Assembly: GCF_009914755.1 (NCBI RefSeq)
Contig: NC_060926.1
Source of the DNA: the human T2T-CHM13v2.0 reference genome, Homo sapiens
Direction: 5' to 3' (one strand)
DNA length: 64,000 nt
A program made the position numbers and the translations under genes. The notes beneath the pieces were generated by a model. It saw only the letters and a program-made list of their open reading frames with translations, searched no databases and was not told the origin of the DNA. Shown here in pieces: positions 11,817-24,955 of this stretch; position 1 is the stretch's first letter, and the number at the start of each line of letters is the position of its first letter.

Positions 11817-14305
11817 TTGTGAACAATGTCATCACAAAGTGATTATTTATGAACATTTGCTCAGAAAAGTAGAAAATAAAACAATGTCTTCTGAGCTAAC
11901 AATACTATAATAAAGACGTTAGTTATTTAACTATAGTAAATACAGAGAATATAAGATTGTCTATCTTAACCATACTTGAGAGTGCAGAGAAGTGGCATTA
12001 AGTATATTCACATGTTCTGCCATTATTACTGACATAATCAGTAAAAATCTTTTCATCTTATAAAAATTAATATGTATACCCCTTAAACAATACTCCACCC
12101 ATTTTCTCTATCCCTACCTCCAGCAACCTCCATTGCAGTTCTGTCTTTATGTCAATGACATGTTTGAAGCAACTTCGCTGTGCACTGGTTACCAACGTAC
12201 TTGAGCGTGGGGGAAGAGAACACCCCCCACAGCAAGTTACATGAAGTGGGTTTATTATTACAGATAAGCAGCAAGGGAACACAAAATTCTTGGACTCATT
12301 ATGGGTCAGTCCCCCAAGGCACAGGAAAGCTATGTGGAGCTGATGGAGTTGACTATGTGTACCCCACATACACCACAGTGCAGGAACTCAGGAAAGCAGC
12401 CACTCTGGGTTTTGTATCCTGGGGTAAAAAGACACACAGGGCTGAAGTGCTAATGGACATTCTATTCTATGGGAAACTGGTATAGAGGACAGGTAGGTTG
12501 TTCTGCTCAGTTCCTGTCTATCTCAGGATGTTACAATTCCAGCACGTTCTGCAATTGTACTTGAGAACTCTTAAAATAAGCAAGAAAGTGGAGAGAACTA
12601 AGTCAGTCCAGGGTCATTGCAGAACGGTCTTGCAGTTATCTCATCCCCCTTAGCAAAGCTAGCATACTTCATATGCCCACCAACTTCCCCTGAACTGGAG
12701 GCAGAGGTTTATCTTTTCAGATTGATGAAGCACCTTGACTTACACAATCTCAATGCAGATTATGAAGCCATAGTGAGAGTACATTTCACTGGGCCATGAA
12801 AAGCTAGTACCACTGGTAGGAGGATAAAACTCCCCAAGCAGTGACTAAGATGTTAAGAGGTGAAAGGGGGATCTTTTGATGTCCTATTGTCTGCAGCCAG
12901 TGAGCCTGCTTTATGATCACCCCTACTTGTATTTCTAGGATATCTGAGGTGTTTATCCAGGTACAGCAGCCAGTGTTGGGTGTTGGTAATTGCATGGAAA
13001 GTCCATTTGTTTCCATGAGAGTGTGCCCATTGTTATGTTGATTGGGCAGTGAGGCTGTTTCTTGGTCAGAGTGAAGTCTCATGGAATATCCAAAAACATG
13101 ACATAAATTCCTCTCAAGGGTGGCCATGGTAGCCCCAGCATCTAATAGAGTGACATATATTTAGCTGTCCAGGAAGCAAGCTATTGCCATAGTCCTTTTC
13201 TCCACTCATGAGATCCTTTAATAGTTCAGTCACTCAGTTGCTATTTTCCTGACCAGACAGCTGGGCTGTTGGCAATGGCCCATGATTTAGTGGAAATGGA
13301 GCAAAATATAGTGTTGGGGGCAGCCTGCATGGCTACTATCATTTCATGTAGTTTGTCCCATTGGGCAGAATGACCATGTTCAGTGTCAGTCAAAAGATGC
13401 CATCCCCTGGCTGGATGGTGGCTGCACCCAGTGGATCCACTGGCATGTGTTTTGTACAATCATCAGGGCCCCATGCCATACTGACACAGGCATGTCTCTG
13501 AATCTTTGGCTCTATGTGGCCAAAGGAGAAGCTAAATTGTCCCCTATGGGCCATTTGTTCCCTTCTAGCAAGCTTGCCATTTATTCATGGGGCACATGGG
13601 TCCTGTGGGATCCTGGTTAGGGCTGATTCTGACTGTATCATTTCCACTTAATGATTTGGATCTGTTGGGCCTGTCCAGTTTTATTGATTGTGTTTGTAGG
13701 TACCAAAGTGAGAATGGTTAGTTAAGGTCGCAGCGTCCTGCCTGGTGCTCTAGCTCTGAGATACTCAGCCCCTATCAGTTTCCTACAGCAAGCAAGGAGC
13801 TGCCATTCAAAAGAGGCACAACTGTTGGCTGCTTCAGGAAATTTTGTGTCCAAAATCTGAGTCTGGTGCACCCAGTGACAGTAGAATCACCTGACATCAG
13901 ATGTTAGTCTGAGCCCTGATGTGTGATACAATGTGAAGGGTTCAGGAGGGGTCATTCTTCTTGGCAAATTAGGTGTTCAGAAGAGCCAGTAGCACTCTAA
14001 ATCTCGGTTGGGGGAAACTCAAATTATTGAGTCCCCACAGAGACCTCCATAACATTGGTTCATGAGACTCCCAGGGAAAGCTGGGAAAGATGACTGACTG
14101 AAGTCCATGTGTTGAATCATTCTCATTATTAAAAGCCCCTGCTCATTAATGGCATTTCGATTAGCATCCACTTGGAAAGCATTTTTTTTTTTGGATTATG
14201 GCTCATTTTAAAAACATCTAGTCATAGCTCTTCCACAATGACTTTGTCTGTAATCATCCTGTTGCATTTCTTTTAAGGCCTGATGATCTGTCAAAACCAA
14301 CAGCC
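10155..14305 (+). repeat. Older diverged duplication, paralog of about 41790-48440
   Basis: Shared anchors: GATACACAGTTCTT, CAGTACACTGCAAGA, FLAM monomer, ERVL LTR, GGCCTGATGATCTGTCAAAACCA. Confidence 0.85.
11660..11814 (+). mobile_element. Alu left monomer (FLAM-like) with (CA)14 tail; paralog at 43306-43435
   Basis: GGCCAGGTGCT...CCCCATGTCTAC followed by CA repeat 11787-11814. Confidence 0.75.
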
Positions 14306-14500
14306 AATATTATTAAAATGTTATTCTCTTTGCAATGTGATCATCAGACATAGGCCTTGCAGTTTACCCACTGTTTTGATTTTTACATTTCCAGGGCTTC
14401 CTTGACAATGGCACTGATGTGACTCCATCCAGCATCCATTGTTGTGAGAACTCTATTTGGCATATCATCATTGTGGGCATGAACATAATGGAGACTTTCA
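12161..14500 (-). mobile_element. Paralogous, more deleted copy of the ERVL-type remnant
   Basis: LTR 12161-12640, TM motif GCCTWINTSD, colinear blocks with 43808-48440. Confidence 0.6.
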
Positions 14501-15936
14501 TAGGATGCAATGATTAATATTCAACATTAGTCAAAATTTCTTCTAGTCCTACCCTTGGAGCTCTACTGGGTTGGAAAATATTTTCGGACAAGGACAATCA
14601 TTTGGTAGAGTTTTAAAAATAAAGGCTACAAATAAATTTTCCATAGCAAGAGTATGAACTATGTGTGGTCCAGAATACAATTTTTTATGGAATGTAACAA
14701 AAATTATTTAAATGTATTCAATTTAGATAATAATTTTACAAATAGGCATATATTGCATATATAATAGAATTAACACACTTAAGTATGAGTACTATATATA
14801 TAGCCAACATTTTATCAAATAATATATTGACTTGTATGTATCTTACATACATGTATGCACATTTTCCCATAAATATGGTAAATTTTAATTTTTTATTGAA
14901 ATATTAGTTTTAATTTTGTCATTAATTTTCTAAGTTTATAATTTGATTACTAAATATTTACATTTATGCCACTAATTTAAGAAAAAATACATGTGTGTAT
15001 ATATAGGTAGAGGTGTAAATACTGTATCAGGAAGCTTTTATGCATTAATGATTGGTAACTGGCTAAATACACAACTCAGTGACAGAAAATAGTAAACATT
15101 TGTTTTCATGTTCATAGATGCTCACGTTCACAGTAATCTGGCTGATCAAGGAAGGGTTCAGGTGAGTGGTTTCTCTGCATGGCACTGAGCTCGTCTTCAG
15201 CCTACACATATCAACTGTCTGAGGACAAGGCTGAACAGCAGTGACTACCCATGACTCAAGATTCTTCTGGCAGGTCACAAGAGTGAACAGCATCCCAAAC
15301 CAAACTGCACAGTTGAGTTTAAGTCCAATAATTTCTAACATAGCTTCACACATTTCAAATATATTGCTTTATTTCAGTGAGTACAAATTTTTAAGAAAAT
15401 GTTTACTCCATTTAATTATAGAGGTGTTTGATCATTCCATGGACAAATAATTATGTTTTCAACCTTTACAATATTGAAAATATTTGCAAATGTAAATTTG
15501 CATTAATAAGAAAATAAAGCTGGATGCGTTTTCAACATGTGGCTTTAAATATAATTTATTTAAATGGCCTCATGGGGGAAAATCATTTTAACTTACATAA
15601 ATTCTCATTTTGTCTCTCTTGTTTCTTATAGAGTTGCCCAATAAGAAGTCCTCCCATGAGATTTGGAAGTCCGAAAAGGATGACTCAATATTCTCCATTG
15701 GTACCTAAGACAGACACAGGGACAGACATGAGGACTAGAGAAACACCTGAAAAGATGCTGTAGGAAGCTGAGAGCATCAGCACCCCCACCCCTAAGCTTC
15801 CAGACAGGACTGAGGACCATATGGTTAGAAAGCCCATACTTCAGAGGAAGATGCATTCTGTTGCCTGAGGGAGGATCAGAGATTCCTGCTTCTAATATCA
15901 GCTTTCATGACTACTATATCCTTGGCTTTGAAAGGT

Positions 15937-16548
15937 TGTAGTGGGAAACTTAATCTTAGGAATTTGGTCATTCTTGTCATACCCAACAGAGCAAAGAAAC
16001 CAGTGGGGAAAGGCACTCAGGGTGCAAAATATTGTTTCTAGAATGCAATTGAAATAGGCCCTATTATCCCATGGAACTAATGTTTATGTTTTTTTGTATA
16101 AACATAGAAATTGACTCCCCCAGTCTTAAAACTCAAGATAGTTACATCTGTCTTATCTGAGTTTTTTTTTGTTTGTTTGTTTTTTCAGTAAACCAATGAA
16201 CAGGCCTCCCAGATACTATCAAGGAGCTGAAACTTACATATCACTGAATCGGGACAGTGAGACATCAGAACCTTCACCCATTATGATTGCCTCACTGACC
16301 TCCTGCTTCCTGTTGACCAAATTATCTTCCTTACCCCTCCCTAATTCCTGTTTTCCCACATTTCTTCCCTGCTATATAAACTCCTAATTTCAGTTGGTCA
16401 GGGAGATACATTTGAGAATGGTATCACATCTCCTAGGCTGCAGCACCTGATTAAAGCCTGTTCCTTGGCAATGCTTGTTGTCTTAGTGATTGGCTTTCTG
16501 TGGGGTAAGCTGCAGAGTCTTCACTGAATCCCTGGCATTTCAGTAACA
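15937..16548 (+). mobile_element. ERV1 solo LTR (MER39/MER34-like); paralog 21737-22329
   Basis: TG...CA termini, TATATAAA, ATTAAA, end CCCTGGCATTTCAGTAACA. Confidence 0.55.
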
Positions 16549-17210
16549 AAATTCTCTGCAACCTTCACTGCTTTGGCTTATTGTAACCTGAAATCAAATT
16601 TGTCCACAACTTCTGAGATAACTTGATATAATTCTAGGATTCATTTTGTCCACCACTGCTTACCAGTCTGAGCTTGCCAGCTCCCAACCCTTCCTAGTGC
16701 CAATGAACTTTCTCAAAGAGCCACAGGTAACATTTTCCCTTTTTCATAAAATGCTAATTTTCTCTTCGTTCTTCCAATATCTTGAAGACCACTGAGTTTT
16801 CCTGTATGCCCCACCTGGCAAATATTTCTTTGCAAATAAAACTTAAATTTAGAGATTCATCTCTACATTTTATTTTGACTTTAGTAGTTTACTTTAATTC
16901 TCTGTATTAAGACAATTCCTGCTTAGAATATCTATAGTGGCTTCTTCTGTGTTATATGAATTCAAGCTGAAGCCATAAACTAGACTCCTCAAGTGTCATG
17001 ATCTCTGTATTTATCAAATCAGGAGATGCATTGCTATGTCTGTGCAGTTGGGGCTGAGAAAGAGAAAAGAATTAGGGTGCAGAGGCGATTTCACGTACCC
17101 CTCTACCAACACCATCAGAGTGTGGCTGCATCTGAGCAACACTCTCAGCCAATGGAGGCATCAGGAGGAGCAGCTGGGGCAGCCCAGCTTCACACATCTG
17201 CTTCCCTGGG

Positions 17211-17238
17211 GGTTTATGTTCGGGTTGGTAACACTGTG
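17211..17238 (-). other. 12-RSS of IGKV1-12
   Basis: CACAGTG (17238-17232), 12 nt, ACATAAACC (17219-17211). Confidence 0.96.
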
Positions 17239-17715
17239 GGAGGGAAACTGTTAGCCTGTTGACAATAGTAAGTTGCAAAATCTTCAGGCTGCAGGCTGCT
17301 GATGGTGAGAGTGAAATCTGTCCCAGATCCACTGCCGCTGAACCTTGATGGGACCCCACTTTGCAAACTGGATGCAGCATAGATCAGGAGCTTAGGGGCT
17401 TTCCCTGGTTTCTGCTGATACCAGGCTAACCAGCTGCTAATACCCTGACTCGCCCGACAAGTGATGGTGACTCTGTCTCCTACAGATGCAGACACGGAAG
17501 ATGGAGACTGGGTCATCTGGATGTCGCATCTGGAACCTGAGATTGGAAACATAAAAACAAATGTCCACACAATTAATCATGCTGTAAGAGAAGTTCCCTG
17601 AATAGTAAAGCAGTACTCAGCACACTGACCGAGTATAATCCTAGTGTTCTCCTTTCTTACCTGGGAACCAGAGCAGCAGGAGCCCCAGGAGCTGAGCGGG
17701 GACCCTCATGTCCAT
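17239..17715 (-). CDS. IGKV1-12: Immunoglobulin kappa variable gene segment IGKV1-12 (intact): L-part1 17715-17661, intron 17660-17537, L-part2 + V exon 17536-17239
   Basis: Leader [18 protein letters not shown]; V = [95 protein letters not shown]; position between 3-11 and 1-13. Confidence 0.94.
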
Positions 17716-17762
17716 GCTGTGTCCTGACTGGGTCTGACTCCTGCACAGGGTGTGATCAGCCT

Positions 17763-17844
17763 GTTAATAAGTCTTCAGGTCAGGAGACTGTGCTCTGGGA
17801 ACATGCAAATGAGCAGGGGATGGGGCAGGCTGGGCGCAGCTGCA
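17763..17844 (-). promoter_or_regulatory. IGKV1-12 promoter
   Basis: Octamer ATTTGCAT 17810-17803; pentadecamer TGCAGCTGCGCCCAG 17844-17830; AT-rich TATA-like 17770-17763. Confidence 0.85.
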
Positions 17845-18590
17845 GGGCTGGCTCATCTCAGTAACTCAGCACCAGCTCAGTGTCCCCAGGTGTCCCAGGT
17901 AAGACCAGGGTAGCACAAATTTGTCTGCAGAGAATGTGTTTCTACTGGGAACTATTTTGTTGTGAGTAACATTTTTTGGTTTCTTTTTGACGATTTGAAA
18001 TATTCCTCAGGAGTTGATGGACTAATGTATTTCATTGGTGTATGGGGATTATTTAGGAGAATATTGTTGTTTGTAGGAAACACATAGTAAAATGTTAGAC
18101 GGTACAATTCTCAAGTCTTCAAAAGACTCTTATATGATTCCGGCTAGGGAAGGGGGTATTTGTCGTATACATGCAACATTTCTGTGAGTTTAACATTGTT
18201 CCTATGTAAAAAAATTAAAAATAAAATTTATTGACATGATGGTACATACATTTGTAAGTATCAGGTAATGGTGTTATGCCATTGTTCTTACCAGTATGAG
18301 ATCAAACTATGTACTATAGATACACAAAGATGATACCGTGTTTTCTCGATGCATGCAGCAGTCACAGATCCACAATTATCAAGAGCGACAGGTCTCTATA
18401 GTACTCAGACACTAAATGGGTTGCACCTTATTCTTGTTTTGGGCACCTTCATAGTCTACCTTCTTTTCTGCCATTCAGTATTATTTCCCAAAGTTCATCT
18501 CTCTTACTGAGGGTGACCACTGCATGGAGCATGTCCCTGCCATGCACCATCAATGACACTTTCCTCTTTTACTTTTTATCAGTGATTGGG

Positions 18591-18871
18591 GAAATCATCC
18601 TGACCCAGGCAACAGCCTCCCTGTTAACTGCTTTAGGAAAGAGACACTGAATCTCTTATCAAGCAGTTGCCTATGTACATGGAGAAATCACTTGGATCCA
18701 GATGAAACTGGACAGGGATTTGCACTCGTTATATCTCATATCTCTAATGTGCCCAAAAATGTCCCAGCCTGACTCAGTAGCAGGGAAAGTGGATCCAACT
18801 ACATCAGCATCAGTGGGCTGCCACCTAGGACTCCACAAAATTTTACTGATGCCTGACTAGGGGAGCCAAAT
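18591..18871 (+). pseudogene. Decayed full-length V-kappa exon (relic) in opposite orientation, head-to-head with IGKV1-12
   Basis: Polypyrimidine tract + AG at 18581-2; reading with two 1-nt frameshifts gives EIILTQATASLLTALGKRH*ISYQAVAYVHGEITW(35)IQMK-GQGFALVISHISNVPKNVPA*LSSRESGSNYISISGLPP-DSTKFY*; landmarks Q6, G16, W35, V58-P59, S67-G68, D82, Y87 fall at Kabat spacing; RSS follows directly. Confidence 0.88.
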
Positions 18872-18898
18872 CACAGTGCTGCAGGCTGTGCACAAACC
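18872..18898 (+). other. RSS-like element of plus-strand V relic (11-nt spacer)
   Basis: CACAGTG 18872-18878, CTGCAGGCTGT, GCACAAACC 18890-18898. Confidence 0.8.
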
Positions 18899-20191
18899 TT
18901 CCTGCTGTTTTTTAAGCTGCCTGAATTTTAAGGGAACTTGCTTATATTGGGAGAAAGGAAGAAAGCTCCATTTGTCCTCTAAATATTTGCTGAAAATGAA
19001 TGGACAAAAGAAAGATTAATAAGAGAAAAGACAAACAAAATTCATTTGAAGTGCAGCAGAATATCATAGCAGGGTGATTACCCAGATAACTCAATGGGAT
19101 ACAGTTGTTTATATTTCTTTTCTAAGGAAGAGGGAATTGAGAAGTGTAGGCAACCTGGAAAGAATAGATGAGAACAGAAGTGCATCCTCAAAAGAACAGG
19201 TCATAGCCTGTCTGGATAAAGCATCAACTTCAGTCTCTTGTATTTTAGATTCCTCTTTTGTGTTAATATTCCCTGATGTAAAAATTCTCAGGAAGAATTT
19301 TTTTGACAATTGGTTTCCTTCTGGAGAATCTGCTATTATGCAGATAAGGGACATTTAGGAAAAGTCTTTTTGTGCATTTGGTGCTTTCTAAATGTCTTTG
19401 GTTTTACATAATCATCATACCAGTGCAGCGTAGTTTGAGATGTTATTTTCTGGATTCCTTTACTTGCAACCCACCTGCCAAGATCCTGTTCCAGAGAGAT
19501 GCAGCTACAGATTGAATGAGCAGTTGACCCTTGAACAACATGGAGGTTTGGGCACTGACCATGGGTGCAGATGAAAACCTGTGTAGAACTTTTGCATTTC
19601 TAACTCCAGGCATCATCTTGAAAGTGGAGAAAGCAGACCTTAACCTGCCCATGTCTTGATCTTTAATTTCCCATTCTCCAGAACTGTAAGAAAATAAATT
19701 TCTGTTCCTTATGAATTACATAGTGACAATGAATCTGTTATAGCAGCTTGAAATAGAACAAGAGAGACAGCGCACAATCAGTGAGGACACGATGAGGTGT
19801 ATACATACCCCAGCTTCCTCATCTCTCAGGTGGAATAGCCCAGAGGAACTTAGTCCATGTTTCCACATGTGGTTGATCTTTGGTTATCCTGAGTCAGGTA
19901 GGTTGTTGATGTGTCTTTTTCCATTCATCTTCTGTTCTCTTCCTCACTTTCCTCCTTTCCTCCCAGTGTAAATTTGCTGCCTAAACAGGGATCCTCATTG
20001 AGGGTGGACCCAAACTAAGATAGTTAAAAAAAAAAATTGTTAATCTTTTGTAAGAGGGGTATTTCTCATCTGAATTCTGATAATTTCTTTTTCTTTGACA
20101 TGTAGGAATATTCAGGAGGCACTTAATTTTTTTTTTTTTTTTTACCAATCTGTTTTACATTCAATTTGTGAACTGATTTTGTTTTTCTGTG

Positions 20192-21034
20192 TGTTAAAAC
20201 CAAAAATTAAGTTGTAAGCCACCAACCTGCTGAATGGACTCCTCTTTTGTAAAGAGCACTTCAAAGAAATTTGAAAAACTAGGTTAGGCCATGACTGGCA
20301 GGTGGGTTTAGATGTGCCTCATTATACTTTGGAGTTCAGACACAACTGACCAACATTGTCATTACAACAGAGATCTTTGGGCTGACAAAACAGACGCTTT
20401 GTAGCATTAAGATACCATATTCCAACATGACAGATAATAGGCCCTGAAGAAAATCTAAATATTTTACCTTAAAAATATTTCTTCATCATATTCTGAAGTG
20501 GTTCTGCAAAGCTGCCAGTTGTGGGGGAAATTTGCATTCTATAGAGAATCTCCTCCCCTTACTAAGTCTTTTTTAAAGTCTGACATTTTTTAAAGCTCTG
20601 ATAAGCAACATTCACCTTGTACTTTATCTGCTACTGATAGGATTCATCTACATGACAAGAACCTTGGCTTCCACATCCCCTTTTCTACACTCAAGCATTT
20701 CTTTATGATGAATTCAACTCTTTAGACAGACCTTAACTCTTTCAACCAGTAGCCAGTAAGGAAAGCTTTGAATTCACCTATGACCTGGAAGCCCCTGCTT
20801 CAAGCTATCCCACCTTTCCAGGACAAACTAATGTATATCTTATATGTATTGATTTATGTCTTTCCCTGTATTTCTGTGTTTCCCTAAAGTGCTTAAAACC
20901 AATGTGTAATCCAACCGCCTTGGGCACATGTTTACAGGACCTTCTAAGGCTGTGTCACAGGCCATAAGCCTTATCTTTGGCAGAATAACCCTGTAAATTG
21001 ATTGAGACCTGTCTCAGATACTGTTTTGTTTATA
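20192..21034 (+). mobile_element. MER4-family solo LTR; paralog 26292-27131
   Basis: TGTTAAAACCAAAAATTAAG...CTGAATGGAC start and TTGATTGAGACCTGTCTCAGATA end. Confidence 0.6.
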
Positions 21035-22976
21035 CTGGGTCACAAAATTTAAAAATCCTCTAAAACTATCTACACATCAATAAATCTACATTAGAGACAG
21101 TGGAGTGAGCATACCCCAACAGATAAAACTCACAAGTTAGAGGAACCTGAGTCTAAGATTTTGTCCACCTCCCTTGATTCATAAAAATACTTCGTGATTT
21201 TTTAAATTTTACTTTAGAGAAGGACAATTTTGGGGAATATGTTTATGGTCGGTGGAATGAATAATGTCCCACCCCAAAGGATGTCCATGTCCTCATCTCT
21301 GGAACCCAAGTGTTATAGGAGTTTTTAAGAAATTATTTTAGGCAGATAGGAAAAGGGGTCCTTGGGAAGGTTTTGTTTCCTTTAAAGCAGCTCTAGAAAC
21401 ACTTCTTGTCTAGCCAGAAAGCCCTGGCTCTTAGAGCCAGGCTGGGAAGCTTTCCTATGCAAATCATAGCCATTAGAAACTGGATTCACCCAAACATGGT
21501 GATTCCCACCGTTTTCTTCCTTGTCAACACATGTGCCTGGGAAAAACCTGAAAGATGCTATAGGAAGCTGAGAGCAGCTGCAACCCCACCCTTAAGCTTT
21601 CAGACAGGACTGAGGACCACATGGTTAGATAGCCCATACTTCAGTGGCAGATGCATTCTATTTTCTGAGGGAGTACCAGAGAATCCTGCTTCTACTGTCA
21701 ACCTGCCTGACTACTATATCCTTGGCTTTGAAAGGTTGTAGTGTAAAAGTTAATCATAGGAATTCGGTCATTCTTGACATACCCAACAGAGCCAAGAAAC
21801 CAGGAGGGAAAACCACTCAGGGTGCAAAATATTGTCTGAAGAATGCAATTGAAATAGACCCTATTATCCCATGGAACTAATGTTTATGATTTTTTGAATA
21901 AACATAGAAACTGACTCCCCCAGTCTTAAAACTCAAGGTAGTTACATTTGTTAATCTGAGTTCTTTTTTCAGGAAACCAACCATCAGGCCTCTAGATACT
22001 ATCAAGGAGCTGAAAGTTATATATCACTGAATGGGGACAGTGAGACATCAGACCCTTCACCCATTATGATTGCCTAACTGACCTCCAGCTTCCTGTTGAC
22101 TAAATTATCTTCCTTACCCCTCTCTAATTCCTGTTTTCCACATTTCTTCCCTGCTATATAAACGCCTAATTTATTTTGTCAGGGAGATACATTTGAGAAT
22201 GGTGTCCCGTCTCCTCGGCTGCAGCACCTGATTAAAGCCTGTTCTTTGACAACACTTGTTGTCTTAGTGATTGGCTTTCTGTGTGGTGAGCCGCAGGATC
22301 TATACTGAATCCCTGGCATTTCAGTAACAAAATTCTCTGCAAGCTTCACTGCTTTGGCTTATTGTAACCTGAAAGCAAATTTACCCACAACTTCTGAGAT
22401 AACTTAATATAATTCTAGGATTCAGTTTGACCACCACTGCTTACCAGTCTGAGCTTGCCAGCTCCCAACCCTTACTACAGCCAACAAAATTTCTCAAAGA
22501 ACAATAGGTAATAATTTCCCTTTTAATAAAACTCTTTGCTCTTCCAACATATTGAAGACCATTGAGTTTTCCTGTATGCCCCATTTGGCAAAAATTTCTT
22601 AGCAAATAAAACATTAAATTTATCTGTACATTTTATTTAGACTTCAATACTTTAGACTCTAATTCTATCTATTAAGACTATTCCTGCTTAGAATATCTAT
22701 AATGGCTTCTTCTCTGTTATATGAATTCTAACCAAAGCCATAAACTAGACTCTTCAGGTGTCATGATCTCTATCTTTATTAAATCAGCAGAGGCATTGTA
22801 ATGTCTGTGCAGCTGGGGCTGAGAAAAGAAAAAGAAATTGGGATGCAGAGGTGATCTCATATCCTCCTCTACCAACACCATCAGAGTGTGGCTGCATCTG
22901 AGGAACACTCTCAGCCAATGGAGGCATCAGGAGAAGCAGCTGGGGCGGCCCAGTCTCACACATCTGCTTCCCTGGG

Positions 22977-23004
22977 GGTTTATGTTCGGGTTTGTAACAC
23001 TATG
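22977..23004 (-). other. 12-RSS of IGKV1-13 with non-canonical heptamer
   Basis: CATAGTG (23004-22998), 12 nt, ACATAAACC (22985-22977). Confidence 0.93.
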
Positions 23005-23483
<479 letters not shown>

Positions 23484-23529
23484 GCTGTGTCCTGAGTGGG
23501 TCTGACTCCTGCAAGAAGTGTGACCAGCC

Positions 23530-23611
23530 TATTAAGAAGTCTTCAGGGCAGGAGGTTGTGTTCTGGGAATATGCAAATGAGCAGAGGATGGGCAGGCTGG
23601 GCACAGCTGCA
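23530..23611 (-). promoter_or_regulatory. IGKV1-13 promoter
   Basis: Octamer ATTTGCAT 23578-23571; pentadecamer TGCAGCTGTGCCCAG 23611-23597. Confidence 0.85.
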
Positions 23612-24103
23612 GGGCTGGCTCATCTCAGTAACTCAGCACCAGTTCAGTGTCCCCAGGTGTCCCAGGTAAGACCAGGGTAGCACAAATTTGTCTCCAGAGA
23701 ATGTGTTTCTACTGGGAACTATTTTATTATGAGAGACATTTTTTAGGTTTTTTTTGACAATTTGAAATATTCCTCAGGAGTTGATGGAGTAATGTATTTC
23801 ATTGGTGTATGGGGATTATTTAGGAGAATATTCTTGTTTGTAGGAAATATATAATAAAATGTTAGACGGTATGATTATCAGGTCTCCAAAAGACTCTCAT
23901 ATGATCCCGGTTAGGGAAGGGGTTACTTTGCCCTATACTTGGAACATTTCTGTGATTTTAACATTGTTCCTTTCTAAAAAAAATCAAAAATAAAATTTAT
24001 TGACATGATGCTATATATACATGTCAGTATTCGGTAATGGTGTTATGCCATTGTTCTTACCACTATAAGATCAAGCAATTTACTACAGATCCACAGAGAT
24101 GAT

Positions 24104-24332
24104 GCCTATGTACATGGAGAAAGCAGTTTGATCCAGACAAAACTGGAAATGATTTGCAATCATTATATCGCACATATCTAATGTGCCCAAAACTGTCCCA
24201 GCCTAGCTCAGTAGCAGGGGAAGTGGATCCAACTATATTAGCATCAGTGGGCTGCAGCCTAGGGCTCCACAAAATTTTACTGATGCCTGAGTAGGGGAGC
24301 CAAATCACAGTGCCATAGCCCGTGCACAAACC
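24104..24332 (+). pseudogene. 5'-truncated paralog of the plus-strand V-kappa relic, with RSS-like element
   Basis: Aligns with 18669-18898 from CDR1 onward; CACAGTG 24306-24312, 11 nt, GCACAAACC 24324-24332. Confidence 0.85.
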
Positions 24333-24955
24333 TTCTTGCTGCTTTGTAAGCCGCCTGAATTTTAAGGGAACTTGCTTATATTGGGAGAAAGGAAGAAAAC
24401 TCCATTTGTCCTCTAAATGTTTGCTGAAAATAAACTGACAAAAGGAAGATTAATAAGAGAAAAGGCAAACAAAATTCATTTAAAGTGCAGCAGGATATCA
24501 TAGCAGGGTGATTACCCAAATAACTCAATAAGATCCAGTAGTTCATATTTCCTTTCCAGCGAAGACGGAATTCGGAAGTGTAGGCAATCTGGAGAGAATA
24601 GATGAGAACAGAAGTGCATCTTCAAAAGAACAGGTAATAGCCTGTCTGGATAAAGCATCAGTTCCCAGTCTCTTCTATTTTTGATTCCTGTTTTGTGTTA
24701 ATCTTCCCTGATATAAAAATTCTCAGGAAGAAGTTTTTTGACAATTGGTTTCCTTCTGGAGAATCTGCTTTTTGGCAGATAAGCGATGTTTAGGAGAAGG
24801 CTTTTTGTGCATTTGCTGCTTTCTAAATGCCTTTGGTTTTATGTAATCCTCATACGAATGCAGCATAGTTTGAGATGTTATTTTCTGGATTCCTTTACTT
24901 ACAACTCACCTACCAAGATCCTGTTCCAGAGAGATGCAGCTACAGACTGAAAGAG

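Larger units (their letters stand above)
15741..21058 (+). repeat. Tandem duplication unit 1 (IGKV1-12 block)
   Basis: Colinear with 21541-27155 (AAAGATGCT.TAGGAAGCTGAGAGCA ... GGTCACAAAATTT). Confidence 0.93.
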
